From Tubiluchus corallicola (Eukaryota; Animalia; Priapulida): DNA of 48,669 bases. Under the pieces are notes generated by a model that did not search any database, was not told where the DNA came from, and saw nothing but the letters and a program-made list of their open reading frames with translations. This document shows positions 30,633 through 44,825 of this stretch, piece by piece. The stretch is taken from assembly GCA_030141605.1 (NCBI GenBank), contig JAQGDQ010001301.1, positions 1-48,669 on the forward strand, read 5' to 3'. A program made the position numbers and the translations under genes. Position 1 is the first letter of the stretch. Every line of letters begins with the position of its first letter.

Positions 30633-30696
30633 GTCACGTGACATAGGAAGTGACGGAGCGAGCTGATTTGCATTATGAAGACTCATGCAAATGAGG
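30633..30696. promoter_or_regulatory. Candidate enhancer core: E-box, ETS site and two inverted octamers
   Basis: GTCACGTGAC 30633-30642, AGGAAGTG 30645-30652, ATTTGCAT 30666-30673, ATGCAAAT 30685-30692. Confidence 0.45.
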
Positions 30697-31198
30697 TGGT
30701 ACATTATATCAGCCTCCGCACATCTGTTGACCTCTTTGCTATGATAATGTTATCCGATTCAGTGACAATGTTTACTGGAGGAGGAATTAAACGAATCTGA
30801 TGCTGGTCTTTGGTTTTTGTTGAGTTCACTGAAGCAAAACCACGTGTAAAATAAGAGGAAATTCCTCGGTAAGGAAGCGTGTTTCATTGCCCCACTGTGA
30901 AATCGAAATATGAAAAATGCCACAAATAAGCGTTAGATGTCGCATTTTTTATTATATAATAATTATTATATTTCATTCTAAACTTTCGAATAATTAATGA
31001 TTTGTGTTATAAATTATAAGATCCAAAAATGACGGTTTTTTCTAGTTTTTTATTATGGGTTATTTTCCCTTTGTCTGGAGACAATATACAACATTGCAGC
31101 ATTGAAACTTGTTGTTTCTTCCATCCTTTGTTGTGGATTTGTTTACTTTTTCAATTTTTGTAAACATGGAAGTAATAAACAGCAATATACATAAAACA

Positions 31199-32355
<1,157 letters not shown>

Positions 32356-32843
32356 ACACCTGCTGTTATTACATGTGTTTAAACTCTATCAACCTTTGCT
32401 TCCTATTTGTTTATTTGTAAACTACAAATAAATGTTTGTTTGCTTATTTATTTACTTAGTACCTTTTACATATTTAAGTTGTTGTTCTGTTTATTTATTA
32501 ATTAATTTATTATTCATTTTTATACATTCATGTTCTCATTCACTCACTCGCTCATTCATTAATTGATTTTCTCATTCACTCATTCGCTTATTCATTCAAT
32601 CATTCATTCATTCTTTCATTCACCCTTTCATTGATTTATTCAGTAAATTGCAAAAAATATTTGTAAATTACCTACACTGTAACGTAAATAAATTAAATTT
32701 ATATTAACAAATATAAATAAACGAATTAATAAACAAATAAACAACGCAATAAAACAGCGGGAAAACAATCTAACGAAGGTTTGAAGGAAACAAACAACTA
32801 TTCAAACAAAGTGTACAAATAAACAGACGAAAAATATAACACC

Positions 32844-33176
32844 TATAGGTTTTACACGTCAAATGTAGACACAGGAAAGTTCAAATGTGACTTAGGTAAG
32901 TCAAATGTATATGCGGTACTTTGAATAAACCGGTAATTAATCATTTAAGTACAAATTACAAAAAGATAAACCAAATTAAAATTACATTTTATGGTCATGG
33001 TGCTATCATGTAGACATAGTACATTTGACTTACCAAAAACGCTTAAGATTTCTTGAAATCCATTGCTAACACATTTGAAGTACCCAAGTCTACATTTGAG
33101 TTACCAAAACACATTTGAATTACCTAAATCTACATTTGAGTTAACGTAGGACTACATTTGACGTGTCAAACCTATA
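32844..33176. mobile_element. MITE with 25-bp TIRs and oriented subterminal repeats
   Basis: TATAGGTTTTACACGTCAAATGTAG ... CTACATTTGACGTGTCAAACCTATA (1 mismatch); TCAAATGT repeated on the left and ACATTTGA on the right; TA or TATA TSD. Confidence 0.85.
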
Positions 33177-33859
33177 ATTATCAAAGACGAGACATTGATT
33201 ATTTATTATTTATCAGCTCCCTGAACAAATGCTGCCCCGAGCGCTACTAAAATCAGCTGTTGAAATCTGTGCGAGTCTTTCTCACTTCCCCGCCAGCCCC
33301 TGATGAAACCAATCCATCATTTTCACACCTTGCTCTTGTCAAGATGCGGTTTTATCAACAGCTTCAGTACCACGTCTCGTCAAACACGTTGGCTAATGAG
33401 CTGTTTTAGTAAGATGTCCTAATTGTTTCACAAAACAGACGAAATGATTTTTGCCTCGCGGCGATGCGTCTTTACTGAATGAATGTCACCTGATTTTAAC
33501 GTGAGAATTTGAAGCCATGAAGTTGCAGGAAGCTTAAAGTGCAAGAAAAGGGGCACCTAAAGTAGGTTTCAGGAAAATTCCCTTAAAAGATTATGTTAAT
33601 TTACAGCAATATTACAGCAGGAATTTTTGTTTATTTTCATTCTAAATCTCCCACAACATTGTTCCGATGGCGCCATTACATGACGTCATATACTCACAAC
33701 GTAAGTTTGGGGAAAGAAAGGAAATTTTAAATTATATCCCAAAAACTTTCCATGCAATCTTATATTACTTATCTGCTAGAAAGACTTAACTAACTAGAAA
33801 AGAAAATTATTAATTATTTAAAATATTTTCACCAATTGGTAAAATGTCGCTGACTCACC

Positions 33860-34235
33860 CTCCAGGGTGCACCATTCAGTAACCAAAGACGTATTTTTAA
33901 TCTTATTGACAAGATACAGTAATTTAATATTTTACTCCAGTTAGTGGCGTGTGCGCTACGAATGCTCTGATTATTTTTTCAAACTTTACAAAATGTTATC
34001 TAAACTTGTTTCAAATGACCTGTCGTGAAAATGGCTGCGCCTAATAGTCATCGCGGGAGTTTAAATTTACATGTTTTATACAGCGTGACTGCCGACGCAA
34101 GTCTAATATGCAAAAAGGCAGTATGTAAGTGGTATAAAACTTCAAGACGAATTTGTTAAACTTTAAGAAAATGGAGGGTTTTCTTGTGCTTTGAAACCAA
34201 AAAATACGTTTAAGAACAAAACAGGCGATATTCAA
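33860..34235 (+). repeat. Third copy of the 14725 dispersed repeat
   Basis: ATGCTCTGATTATTTTTTCAAACTTTA..TCTAAACTTG..AAAATGGCTGCGC..GGGAGTTTAA is shared. Confidence 0.75.
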
Positions 34236-34394
34236 ATAATGAGAAATTGAATATGATTCTTTTTTTAAAGTTGCATCTCGTCAGTTACTGTAGGAAGGTT
34301 GTTTTCAGTTTACTATGATTTACTTATCAGGGTAAACTATGATAAGACGATCTCAGAGGGCAAAATGAATGGCCACTAACAATGCTGACATTAA

Positions 34395-34855
34395 CCCTTT
34401 CAGTCCCAAATTATTTTTTTAATAAGAAAATTTTTTTTGGCTCGGTACTTTTGTTCAGTATGTCCATCTTGTTTACACATAATAATTGTTTTTTTTCTAC
34501 CTGTGCCCGCGTGCTAAATATAGCCTGTATCGCACGGGATACATTGGGATTCAATGGAAGCATAAAATGTGTTTCATTTTGCAACTGCTGATAATTTTTT
34601 AAAGTATTTAAGACATTTAGTATGCATGCTATGCTGATCTGTACAAAGTCGTCTCTAAAGTACTGTACCTTGGGCAGTTTTTTATGCTACGTAGATTTTC
34701 TAGTTTGCCATTTTATCACCATTTTTAGTCTATTGTTATTGGCTTAAATCAAAATAACTATTAACAGATCAAATAACTGTCAGTTTTAAAATTTTATTAA
34801 TTTTAAAGGCAGAAAATATTCTCGTATCCCACGGGATACAACGGGTATGAAAGGG
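34395..34855 (+). mobile_element. piggyBac-type MITE copy 3
   Basis: TTAA TSDs at 34391-34394 and 34856-34859; CCCTTTCA/TGAAAGGG TIRs. Confidence 0.92.
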
Positions 34856-35153
34856 TTAAACAACAGCGTGTCCAAGAACAATCACATCTGTACTACCTTG
34901 TACTACATTCATGGAAAAATTATACTAAATGTGTACAAAAAGATGTGCTTTTCTAATAGCATTTCCGCTTTACTATATGTAGAGATGGCAATAGATCTTG
35001 GTCTAAAATGGGTAGGTAGAGCTAGTAATGTTCTAATGGTACAAAGTGGTTGTACTAAGTAGATGATTGTTAAAATCGATAATGGTGAATTGCTGATAAC
35101 TAGATGATAGCTTATGATCCTAGTGACACGTGAGAGAAAAGTAGGGAATAGAA

Positions 35154-36217
35154 ATGATCTTGGTGAAGTGGGAAAGTAGAGATGGTAATGATCTTGGTGA
35201 AGTGGGAAAGTAGAGATGGTAATGATCTTGGTGAAGTGGGAAAGTAGAGATGGTAATGATCTTGGTGAAGTGAGAAAGTAGAGATGGTAATGATCTTGGT
35301 GAAGTGGGAAAGTAGAGATGGTAATGATCTTGGTGAAGTGCGAAAGTAGAGATGGTAATGATCTTGGTGAAGTGAGAAAGTAGAGATAGTAATGATCCTG
35401 GTGAAGTGAGAAAGTAGAGATGGTAATGATCTTGGTGAAGTGGGAAAGTAGAGATGGTAATGATCTTGGTGAAGTGGGAAAGTAGACATAGTAATGATCT
35501 TGGTGAAGTGAGAAAGTAGAGATGGTAATGATCTTGGTGAAGTGAGAAAGTAGAGATGGTAATGATCTTGGTGAAGTGGGAAAGTAGAGATGGTAATGAT
35601 CTTGGTGAAGTGGGAAAGTAGAGATAGTAATGGTCTTGGTGAAGTGAGAAAGTAGAGATAGTAATGATCTTGGTGAAGTGGGAAAGTAGAGATGGTAATG
35701 ATCTTGGTGAAGTGAGGGGGTAGAGATGGTAATGATCTTGGTGAAGTGGGAAAGTAGAGATGGTAATGATCTTGGTGAAGTGGGAAAGTAGAGATGGTAA
35801 TGATCTTGGTGAAGGGGGAAAGTAGAGATGGTAATGATCTTGGTGAAGTGGGAAAGTAGAGATGGTAATGATCTTGGTGAAGTGGGAAAGTAGAGATGGT
35901 AATGATCTTGGTGAAGTGGGAAAGTAGAGATGGTAATGATCTTGGTGAAGTGGGAAAGTAGAGATGGTAATGATCTTGGTGAAGTGAGAAAGTAGAGATG
36001 GTAATGATCTTGGTGAAGTGGGAAAGTAGAGATGGTAATGATCTTGGTGAAGTGGGAAAGTAGAGATAGTAATGATCTTGGTGAAGTGGGAAAGTAGAGA
36101 TAGTAATGATCTTGGTGAAGTGGGAAAGTAGAGATAGTAATGATCTTGGTGAAGTGAGAAAGTAGAGATGGTAATGATCTTGGTGAAGTGAGAAAGTAGA
36201 GATAGTAATGATCTTGG
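35154..36217. repeat. Minisatellite, 31 x 34 bp (ATGATCTTGGTGAAGTGGGAAAGTAGAGATGGTA)
   Basis: Constant 34-bp period from 35154 to 36208. Confidence 0.97.
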
Positions 36218-37281
36218 AAGAAGTCTTGAGCAATGGCATTGGTGGAATGGCAATGGCTACTTTGGAACATGAAGAATTCAGCAATGACATTGTTAAAGTT
36301 GAGGATAATGTTGATGATAATGTATTGCTAGAGTGCTGGTTTGGTAGTAATGGAAAAGTGGATGATATTGGCGCTTGTCAACGGTCCAAAGCGAAGCGCA
36401 TTGGGTATGGTGAATTAAATATTAAGATTCCGAAGACACTATAATGTGCTTAAAGAGACTCTAACATAAAAGTTCTTTTTCTAACAAAAGATGGCGCGAC
36501 TTGCTCTTTACACTAACCGCACTATTACAGCAATTGTCCTTGGTTTAAGTTTTAGCTTAATAAGGGTGACGCTTGAAAAATATTTCGCTGATAACGTTCA
36601 ATATAAACGAAATTTAAGAATTTATACCCAGAGGCCAATAAAAATCTTCCCATAAATAAGTTCATTAAGTTTCTAATAACTTTTATGCTGCAAAAAACTT
36701 CAAGAGTATCAAATGCTCTTTCAGGAATTACAGTTTCCACAAGGTCAGTCCATTTTTTTGCTGTGTTTTTAGTCTTACCTCAGACGTACTGATATACATT
36801 TAAAATCAACGTTTTTCCCTCGAGCGCTTTATCTGTGGAATTCTCTGTCAAGAAATTGCTTTCCGGAAAACTACTACTTCACCGTAAAGAAACCATCAAC
36901 AAATGCCATTCTCACCAGCAGTTCTAATAATTATATTTTTCTCTATACTAGACTTTAAAGCTCCACTGACACCACCAGTAGACGCCCCCTGCTATAAATG
37001 TGCTGTTCCTTGCAGGCCTACCTGACGTGACGTCATAGCAATGAGTGTCAAGGCCGGCGGCAATATTTGCTGAAGGGCCAATGGCACGCAATTTAGGTAA
37101 GAACATAACACAAAAGTATGCATCATAACTGTTTTAAAAATTAAGAAATTTGTAATTCCGCCTACGCAGTAAAAGAAAATTACATAATTAATAGAGTCAT
37201 AGGACCTTTGAGTGTAGACCTTGACCATTTACAATAACTTGCCTGGAAAGATTTGCGTAAATTTCGTACAGAGGTCTTTAA

Positions 37282-37330
37282 ATATTATTATTATTATTAT
37301 TATTATAATTATAGTAATTATTATTATTAC

Positions 37331-37379
<49 letters not shown>

Positions 37380-37905
37380 TTTTTTTTTATTATTATTATT
37401 ATTATAATTATTATGAGTTTATTTCGTATAAAAATATACAGTTTACAAAGATATTAGTAAAATAGGTAATGCGATGTTAGTCAAGTAACATATCTACAGA
37501 CATTCAACTTTATAATAACCACACATTGTAGTTCCCCTGTAATTATATTACATTATACAGTGTTGTAAGGAGCTATAATAGATATCTTGAAACATAATCT
37601 TTAAATGAGTTCTTAACCTATAATTTTACATTTTCGTTTAGATCTACAGTACAACCATATTTAAATCTTAAATTTACTTGACTGTTATTTACATAATAGC
37701 ATAACTTTGGAATTCTCAATGTGCAAGACTTTGCAATTTTTCTCACAAATTTTAATTTTTGACTATCTATTAAATAATTTGCAGGCATTGTGCCACAAAA
37801 ATACATTAACAATTTGACGCTTTCATTTTGTCTAAAATCGAATATTTTTCCATAAGCAGTGTTCCATTTTACCCTAATGGCATTAACTTCATTGTTTGAT
37901 ATACC
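37282..37905 (-). mobile_element. Non-LTR retrotransposon 3' end with (AAT)n tail
   Basis: Minus strand reads ..KIFDFRQNESVKLLMYFCGTMPANYLIDSQKLKF.., resembling LINE ORF C-termini; AATAAA near 37418-37423, then (AAT)n. Confidence 0.65.
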
Positions 37906-38373
37906 CCCAATTTATGTTCATAATTATAAAAAAACAATCTTATTAAAAATTTAAATTCATATTCGTAATAATATGCTTATGCAGCATGTATTTATTACGT
38001 AAGAATAATCTGTGTATGAGAATTTAAGTTTTAATGAATGTTTTGCTTGTGTTTATTTAGGCTGCCTGCTCTAGGCGTCTGTAATCTCCTGTTAGCTGTT
38101 ACATGTTGGGCTTGTCTGGGTGGGGATCAAGTGGTATTAGATAGAGGAAGCCTGTTCCAGGGAGAGGTTTTCTTAGCTGCTCTAATTCCCATGAATGTAG
38201 AGTGCAGGACGAGTATGTTGCGAGTGAATAGTAACAGCCAGTTACTTTCCTTCATTAAAGAAACACCGGATAATTGTTTAGACTCAAACTCATTTTAACT
38301 TACTGTCCAAAATATACATTTTCTTGCCTATAAAAGTTAATTGTTCCTGATATTCGAATATTTACCCTGGGAA

Positions 38374-38490
38374 GTTAATTAACGGCAACCGAACACAGCT
38401 ATCGCTTACGTCACAAACTAACCACAGTTTGCGTAATGGCAGGCATCTATCCTGCGCATCAAGCACGTTTGCGTAAGCGAATATTGCTGT
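38374..38490 (+). mobile_element. Diverged relative of the TTAA-AGG element family
   Basis: TTAATTAACGGCA..CGA.C.CA.CTAT..GTCACAAACTAAC..GCACGT.TGCG.AAGCGAA alignment to about 15527-15630. Confidence 0.6.
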
Positions 38491-38859
38491 AAAACGGTGA
38501 TGTGATGTCACGAAAATGAGCTCTACGTCACACTGAGAACACTGCAGTCTAGGGTGACGCTTATCACGGTACCGCTCCTATTTATCCGCCAGCATAATTT
38601 GACAAAAAACGCGCCATTGCCAGTGTTAGTGGATTCGCTGAGCCCTGCGTAGCTTTGAATGATTTACAAAATGCAACTATTCGGAGAAATTATTGGGGGT
38701 GATTTTCCCATCGACCCTAAAATATGAGCTCAAATTCCCTTGATGGCACTTCTCACGTAAGACGTCCCTTCCAAGGGAGCAGCAATTTAGTTTGGGCAAT
38801 AAAACTGAGACGTGAATTGCTTACATGCTACCCACACGTACGAGCGTTGAAATAATAAT

Positions 38860-39015
38860 TACTGACTGACTGACTGACTGACTGAATGAATGAATGAATG
38901 AATAAACAAACGAATAAATGACTTCAAAGTAATGACAAACAAGTGAATTATGCATTAGTAAATCAATTAAATATTGTTTAAGCAATAAATTGAACAAGCA
39001 AAATGAATGAATGAA

Positions 39016-39050
<35 letters not shown>

Positions 39051-39275
39051 ATGAATGAATGAATGAATGAATGAATGAATGAATGAATGAATGAATGAAT
39101 GACTGAATGAATGAATGAATGACTGAATGAATGAATGAATGAATGAATGAATGAATAAATGAATGAATGAATGAATGAATGAATGAATGAATGAATGACT
39201 GAATGAATGAATGAATGACTGAATGAATGAATGAATGAATGAATGAATGAATGAATGAATGAATGAATGAATGAA

Positions 39276-39338
<63 letters not shown>

Positions 39339-39686
39339 ATACACAAACAAATAAAATAAACACATGGATAAATAAACAAATAAGCGGGTAAACAAATAAA
39401 CTAATGAATAAATAAATGAAAAAACGCATTGGAATGAAAAATAATTAAATATGAACAAAATAGATGATTAAATTGATGGACAGAGGACAGATGTACCAGC
39501 AAGCAAACAAGTAAAATCAAACAAACAGACAGACAGGCAGGCAGACAGGCAGACAGAGAGACAGACAGACAGACAGACAGGCAATGAGACAGGCAGACAG
39601 ACAGACAGGCAGGCAGACAGGCAGACAGACAGACACACAGACAGACAGACAGACAAACAGGCACGCCGGCAGGCAGGCAGACAGGC

Positions 39687-39755
<69 letters not shown>

Positions 39756-40035
39756 GGCAGGCAGGCAAACGGACAGATAGACAGACAGACAGGCCGGCAC
39801 GCAGGCAGACAGACAGACAGGCAGACAGACAGACAGACAGACAGACAGACAGGCAGACAGCAGGCAGGCAGGCAGGTAGACAGACAGACAAACAGACAGA
39901 CAAACAGGCACGCTGGCAGGTAGGCAGACAGGCAGGCAGGCAAACAGACAGACAGACAGACAGGCAGGCAGACAGACAGAGAAACAGACAGACAGACAGA
40001 TAGACAGACAGACAAACAGACAGGCAGACAAACAG
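38860..40035. repeat. Tetranucleotide cluster: (GACT), (GAAT/AAAT) and (CAGA/CAGG)
   Basis: Direct reading. Confidence 0.95.
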
Positions 40036-40459
40036 CAGATATATAAGAAACAAACAATGAAAAACAAAAATAAACAGCAAGCATGTGAGTTAATTTTTAC
40101 AACGTGGCTTCCCTAATAGAAAATGCCTCATTTTAATTAACACTGTCACAGCATCAGGCCCCCATTTTTACTGAAACCTTCACACAGGGAAGCCAAGCAC
40201 TCTATTAATGTGATTCATATCTGAATTGATTTGATAAAGACCTGACCAACCGTTTGTCATTTTCTACTTCATCAATTCAATTCATGTCAGCGATGAATAG
40301 AGAGGTTAGAAAGACTCATTAATGGCTGCTGTATTTGTTCATTTCCATTTAACCCCGGTGAAACGTAACCATTATTCTAGACAGGGGAAAAGGAATGACA
40401 GAAGCTGTGTGAACGGAGAGGAAAAGAGAGATTAGGAAACAGAGCAGGTTAGGAAAGAA

Positions 40460-41006
40460 CAGAGCATCTTTTTGTAAGAGATAGAGCATCTTCTTTTAAG
40501 ACATAGAGCATCTTCTTTTAAGAGATAGAGCATCTCCTTCTAAGAGACAGAGCATCTTCTTTTAAGAGATAGAGCATCTTCTTTTAAGAGATAGAGCATC
40601 TTCTTCTAAGAGATAGAGCATCTTCTTCTAAGAGATAGAGCATCTTTTTTTAAGAGATACAGCATCTTCTTTTAAGAGATAGAGCATCTTCTTTTAAGAG
40701 ATAGAGCATCTTCTTCTAAGGGATAGAGCATCTTCTTCTAAGAGATAGAGCATCTTCTTCTAAGAGATAGAGCATCTTCTTCTAAGAGATAAAGCATCTT
40801 CTTCTAAGAGATAGAGCATTTTCTTCTAAGAGATAGAGCATCTTCTTCTAAGAGATAGAGCATTTTCTTCTAAGAGATAGAGCATTTTCTTCTAACAGAT
40901 AGAGCATCTTTTTTTAAGAGATAGAGCATCTTCTTCTAAGAGATAGAGCATCTTTTAAGAGATAGAGCATCTTCTTCTAAGAGATAGAGCATCTTCTTTA
41001 AGAGAT
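40460..41006. repeat. Minisatellite, about 25 x 22 bp (AGAGATAGAGCATCTTCTTCTA)
   Basis: Direct periodicity. Confidence 0.95.
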
Positions 41007-41986
41007 ATGTAAGAAAGATAGCCTTATTGATTAGGAAGCTTTGTATAGAGTAGATAAGTATCAATTGTAAAGTTGTTTACAACCGAATGGAGACGTTTTA
41101 AATGATGATTATTGTAATTAATTAATTTATTTGTGCTATATTCTATACAGCAAAGATGCATGTTTATTGTTTACTTTAATGTTTGAAACGTCAAAAAGTA
41201 AATACAATATTAACGCTGCGAACTTTATATACATGTACATCTATTAAATTATATTAACAAAATTTTGGGATAGTTTACACCAGCCCTTGTAATATTTGCT
41301 TACGATTTTTTTTATTATTATATAATACTTTTCTTGCCTCTATTCGTAGGTACAATTCATTACAACATGGTTTACCTTACCAACATACATAATATCACAT
41401 ACATTTCGCAATAACAATTTTAACACATTCTAATAACGGTCTTAGTTCTTCAAGGCATCAAATTTAAGATCTTTGCTAGTATAAAACACCCTGCGTAAGA
41501 TAATTTACAATATTTACAAGAAAAAAATTAGAAGTGAATTTCTGCAGATTCATTATAAATGGCTCATTAACTAATCTGGACAATTATATTTAACTGGGCC
41601 GAATATTTAACTATTTACAATTTGTTTTTTGTACTTACTAACACTAAGTAACTATAATAACTTATTTTGATGTAAATATTTTGATATAGATTCATGTATT
41701 ATCACTAACAGTTGCTAAAGTTACTAAGCATGGAATGCTCGCGCATAAGTTGTAAAAACCTTTTGGTACAAACCGCGTTATAAAATTATGTTTAAATTAA
41801 TTAATATCAATTGGGTCATCGAATTCATATCCAATTATAATAGAGACAGAGGATAGTTTTCTGATAAACAAATGGGCAGGCAGGTGTAGAACGAGGTCGC
41901 AAATGGAAGCAGGAGCATTAAATCCTTCGCGTTTATGGACGAAACCTACAAAATTGCCGAGAGGAGGAAGCAGAAAATTAGAATCG

Positions 41987-42366
41987 ATGTAATACGTGTT
42001 ATGTTAGTTTTGCACTGTCAAACGTATAAATAGTGTAAATGCAATGAGTGAAATTTATGTAATGTAAAGCATGTTTCTGTTAATTGTGTCATGTCAAATG
42101 TATATATAGTGTAAAATATGTCATGTAAAATTTAATGTACTTTTGTAATATTGTTTTGTAAAAATATTTTAATATGGTGTTCGTAAATATGTTCATTTAT
42201 TGTATATAATTAGGCCTTAGTTTTGCACTTTAGTTTTTTTTATTATGCACTGGACGCATTTGTCTTGAGCAGTGTTGTTATTTTAACATTACGCTGAGGC
42301 TTACTCAATTTTATTATAATGAGTGAACCATTTTTATGACAAATAAAAAATTAATATATATATATA
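41987..42366 (+). mobile_element. LINE-like 3' UTR fragment
   Basis: Matches window 1-174 in inverted form; shares TGCACTGGACGCATTTG and ATTTTTATGRCAAATAAA with the LINE UTR at 4830-4936; (TA)n tail. Confidence 0.7.
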
Positions 42367-42905
42367 TAAGTAACTATAATAACTTTGTAAATATTTTGAT
42401 ATACATTCATGTGTTATATATATATTAATTTGTTACTGGGGCAAGGTCCGTCTTTAATTCCTTTTCATACACAGTAGGACTATCAGAATTGATCACTTGT
42501 ACTTGTGGTCACAACAACCAAACAGTAGATCGTATTGATTAATTGATTGTATTACTTTTGATTGATCGTATTATTTGTATTGATCGTATTACTTTTGATT
42601 TGTACTGAATTTGTAAATGAACTAATAACGTTTTCATAGATAGAGAAGAGAGATTAATACAGAACTTTGTCAGATTAGTCAATGAGCCATTTATATTGAA
42701 TCTGCAGTAATTCACGTCTTGTGAATATTGTAAATTATCTTACGCAGGGTGTTTTATACTAGCAAAGATTTTAAATGTGATGCTGTGCAGAACTAACGCT
42801 TATTAGAATGTGTTAAAATTGTTATTGCGAAATGTATGTGATATTATGTATGTTGGTAACGCAAACCATGTTGTAATGAATTGTACCTACAGCAATAAAA
42901 GTATT

Positions 42906-43281
42906 TGACACGAATTATTTAAAAATCTGTGCAGACTTTTGTCAGCTTTTAACATCAATGTTTAGAGTCTTGCAACAAATGAACTTGTACGTTTGTTCCT
43001 GCATGTGAACCATGCCCTAGATAATTTTGTGAACACTCAAATTTTTGTTTTAGTGCAGTCTTTTATTTCAAACACTAAGCGCTTTAAATAGTATTAACTT
43101 TGTTACTCTTGTTACATAGTAATGTTCATATTTTGTGTGACATTTTTTGTACATTGTGGTCACCATTGTTCTGCATCTGTCTAGCGTTTCGCTCCCACTA
43201 GGGGAGAACATATATCAGTTGTAAAACTGTCTGTTTCAAACCTAGCCATATGTTACATCTTCAATAAATTATGTTTAAACC
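42906..43281 (+). mobile_element. 5'-truncated LINE (RTE-X-like) with a 9-bp TSD
   Basis: AAAAGTATT at 42897-42905 and 43282-43290; absent from the opposite inverted arm; DFCQLLTS..NELVRLF..HAL remnant; ends AATAAATTATGTTTAAACC. Confidence 0.75.
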
Positions 43282-43575
43282 AAAAGTATTATATTATACT
43301 AAAAAATCGTATGCATATATTACGAGGGCTAGTATAAACTATCCCAAAATTTTATTAATATAATATGATAGAAGTACATGTATATAAAGTTCGCAGCGTT
43401 AATATTGTATTTACTTTTCGACGTTTCAAACATTATTTTAGCGAACAAAGTCGTAATGCAAGCTTAAGATGCATGCGCTACATATTAAATAGTATTTTCA
43501 AAGTAATTTTTAACGAATATAAATAACACTAATAATGACAGCGTTATTTCTGAGTGTAAGACAATGTAACTACTA

Positions 43576-43905
43576 ACAGAACAGAACAGAACAGAACAGA
43601 ACAGAACAGAACAGAACAGAACAGAACAGAACAGAACAGAACAGAACAGAACAGAACAGAACAGAACAGAACAGAACAGAACAGAACAGAACAGAACAGA
43701 ACAGAACAGAACAGAACAGAACAGAAAAGAACAGAACAGAACAGAACAGAACAGAACAGAACAGAACAGAACAGAACAGAACAGAACAGAACAGAACAGA
43801 ACAGAACAGAACAGAACAGAACAGAACAGAACAGAACAGAACAGAACAGAACAGAACAGAACAGAACAGAATAGAATAGTATAGAGTAGAACAGAATAGA
43901 ATAGA
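43576..43905. repeat. (AGAAC)n pentamer microsatellite
   Basis: Direct reading. Confidence 0.97.
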
Positions 43906-44603
43906 ATACGTAATAAAATGCAACCGAATTGAATAAAACACAACGACGAATCAAGATTGCCACTTTGTGAAAACTTTGCACCCCGTGATTCATTTCAAAT
44001 GCATATTCACACTAGTGAATTACACAACCCACCCACTCAACTTTATTCCTCCCTACCGTAACAATGAAAACCTCCCACCTGCCAAACGAACATTCAGCAT
44101 CCTTGAATTGCAATTACTGCTTTTCTATGGGTTATTTATATGATTCTGCACGGCAATTCAATTACCAGGCTTTTTCTCATTACTTTCCGGCACAATATGG
44201 TGCGCCGATTGAGGCCATGACAATTCTACCCACTCTAATCACGCTGATACTGTTAATCAAGCTCAGCCTCTGATTCGGGCTGTAACTTAATCGAATTTCT
44301 ACCACTGAATCGGAGAATGGTTTTAATGGCCAGGCAGTGTCATGGATAGAGTTGCCGAATGAATAACTGCTTCAAATTCTGGCTAAATAAATTCTTTTGC
44401 GATTGTAATCTTACTTTTCTTTTCTGTGTTTCAGTCGATTTTGTTTTGTATTAATTATTTCACAATGTTTGCACAACTATTGGTGTATGTCTGCAAATTT
44501 TTCATGTCAATTTAAACATAATTTATTATCGGATTGGATCAGACAGTTTGAACAACATGATTTAGGATCCTCGCCACAACAGACTTTATACACTATTTGC
44601 AAA

Positions 44604-44825
44604 AACATTTACAGTAAAAATAGACTATAACTACACAAGCTGACAAGTTTTGCTACAAGAATACATTAGACATTAGTAACATTTACAGTAAGAATTGACT
44701 ATAACTACACAAGCTGACCAGTTTTACTACATGATTACATTAGACACTAGTAACATTTACAGTAAGAATTGACTATAACTACACAAGCTGACCAGTTTTA
44801 CTGCAAGATTACATTAGACATTAGT
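44604..44825. repeat. Tandem repeat, 3 x 74 bp
   Basis: Units start at 44604, 44678 and 44752. Confidence 0.92.

Larger units (their letters stand above)
41177..43435. repeat. Fold-back structure with ~400-bp inverted arms
   Basis: 41177-41583 is the reverse complement of 42667-42905 plus 43282-43435; spacer about 1.08 kb. Confidence 0.9.

Noticed and set aside
34909-36290. 377-453 aa ORFs in three minus frames
   Set aside because: Product of a stop-free 34-bp repeat whose period is not a multiple of 3; no recognisable domains in the flanks.
36450-37281. Another TTAAAG...CTTTAA element
   Set aside because: Two alternative left ends (near 36450 and 36955), poor TIR match and no second copy in the window.
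44338-44356. miR-281-like start TGTCATGGA
   Set aside because: The match ends after about 9 nt and there is no hairpin.
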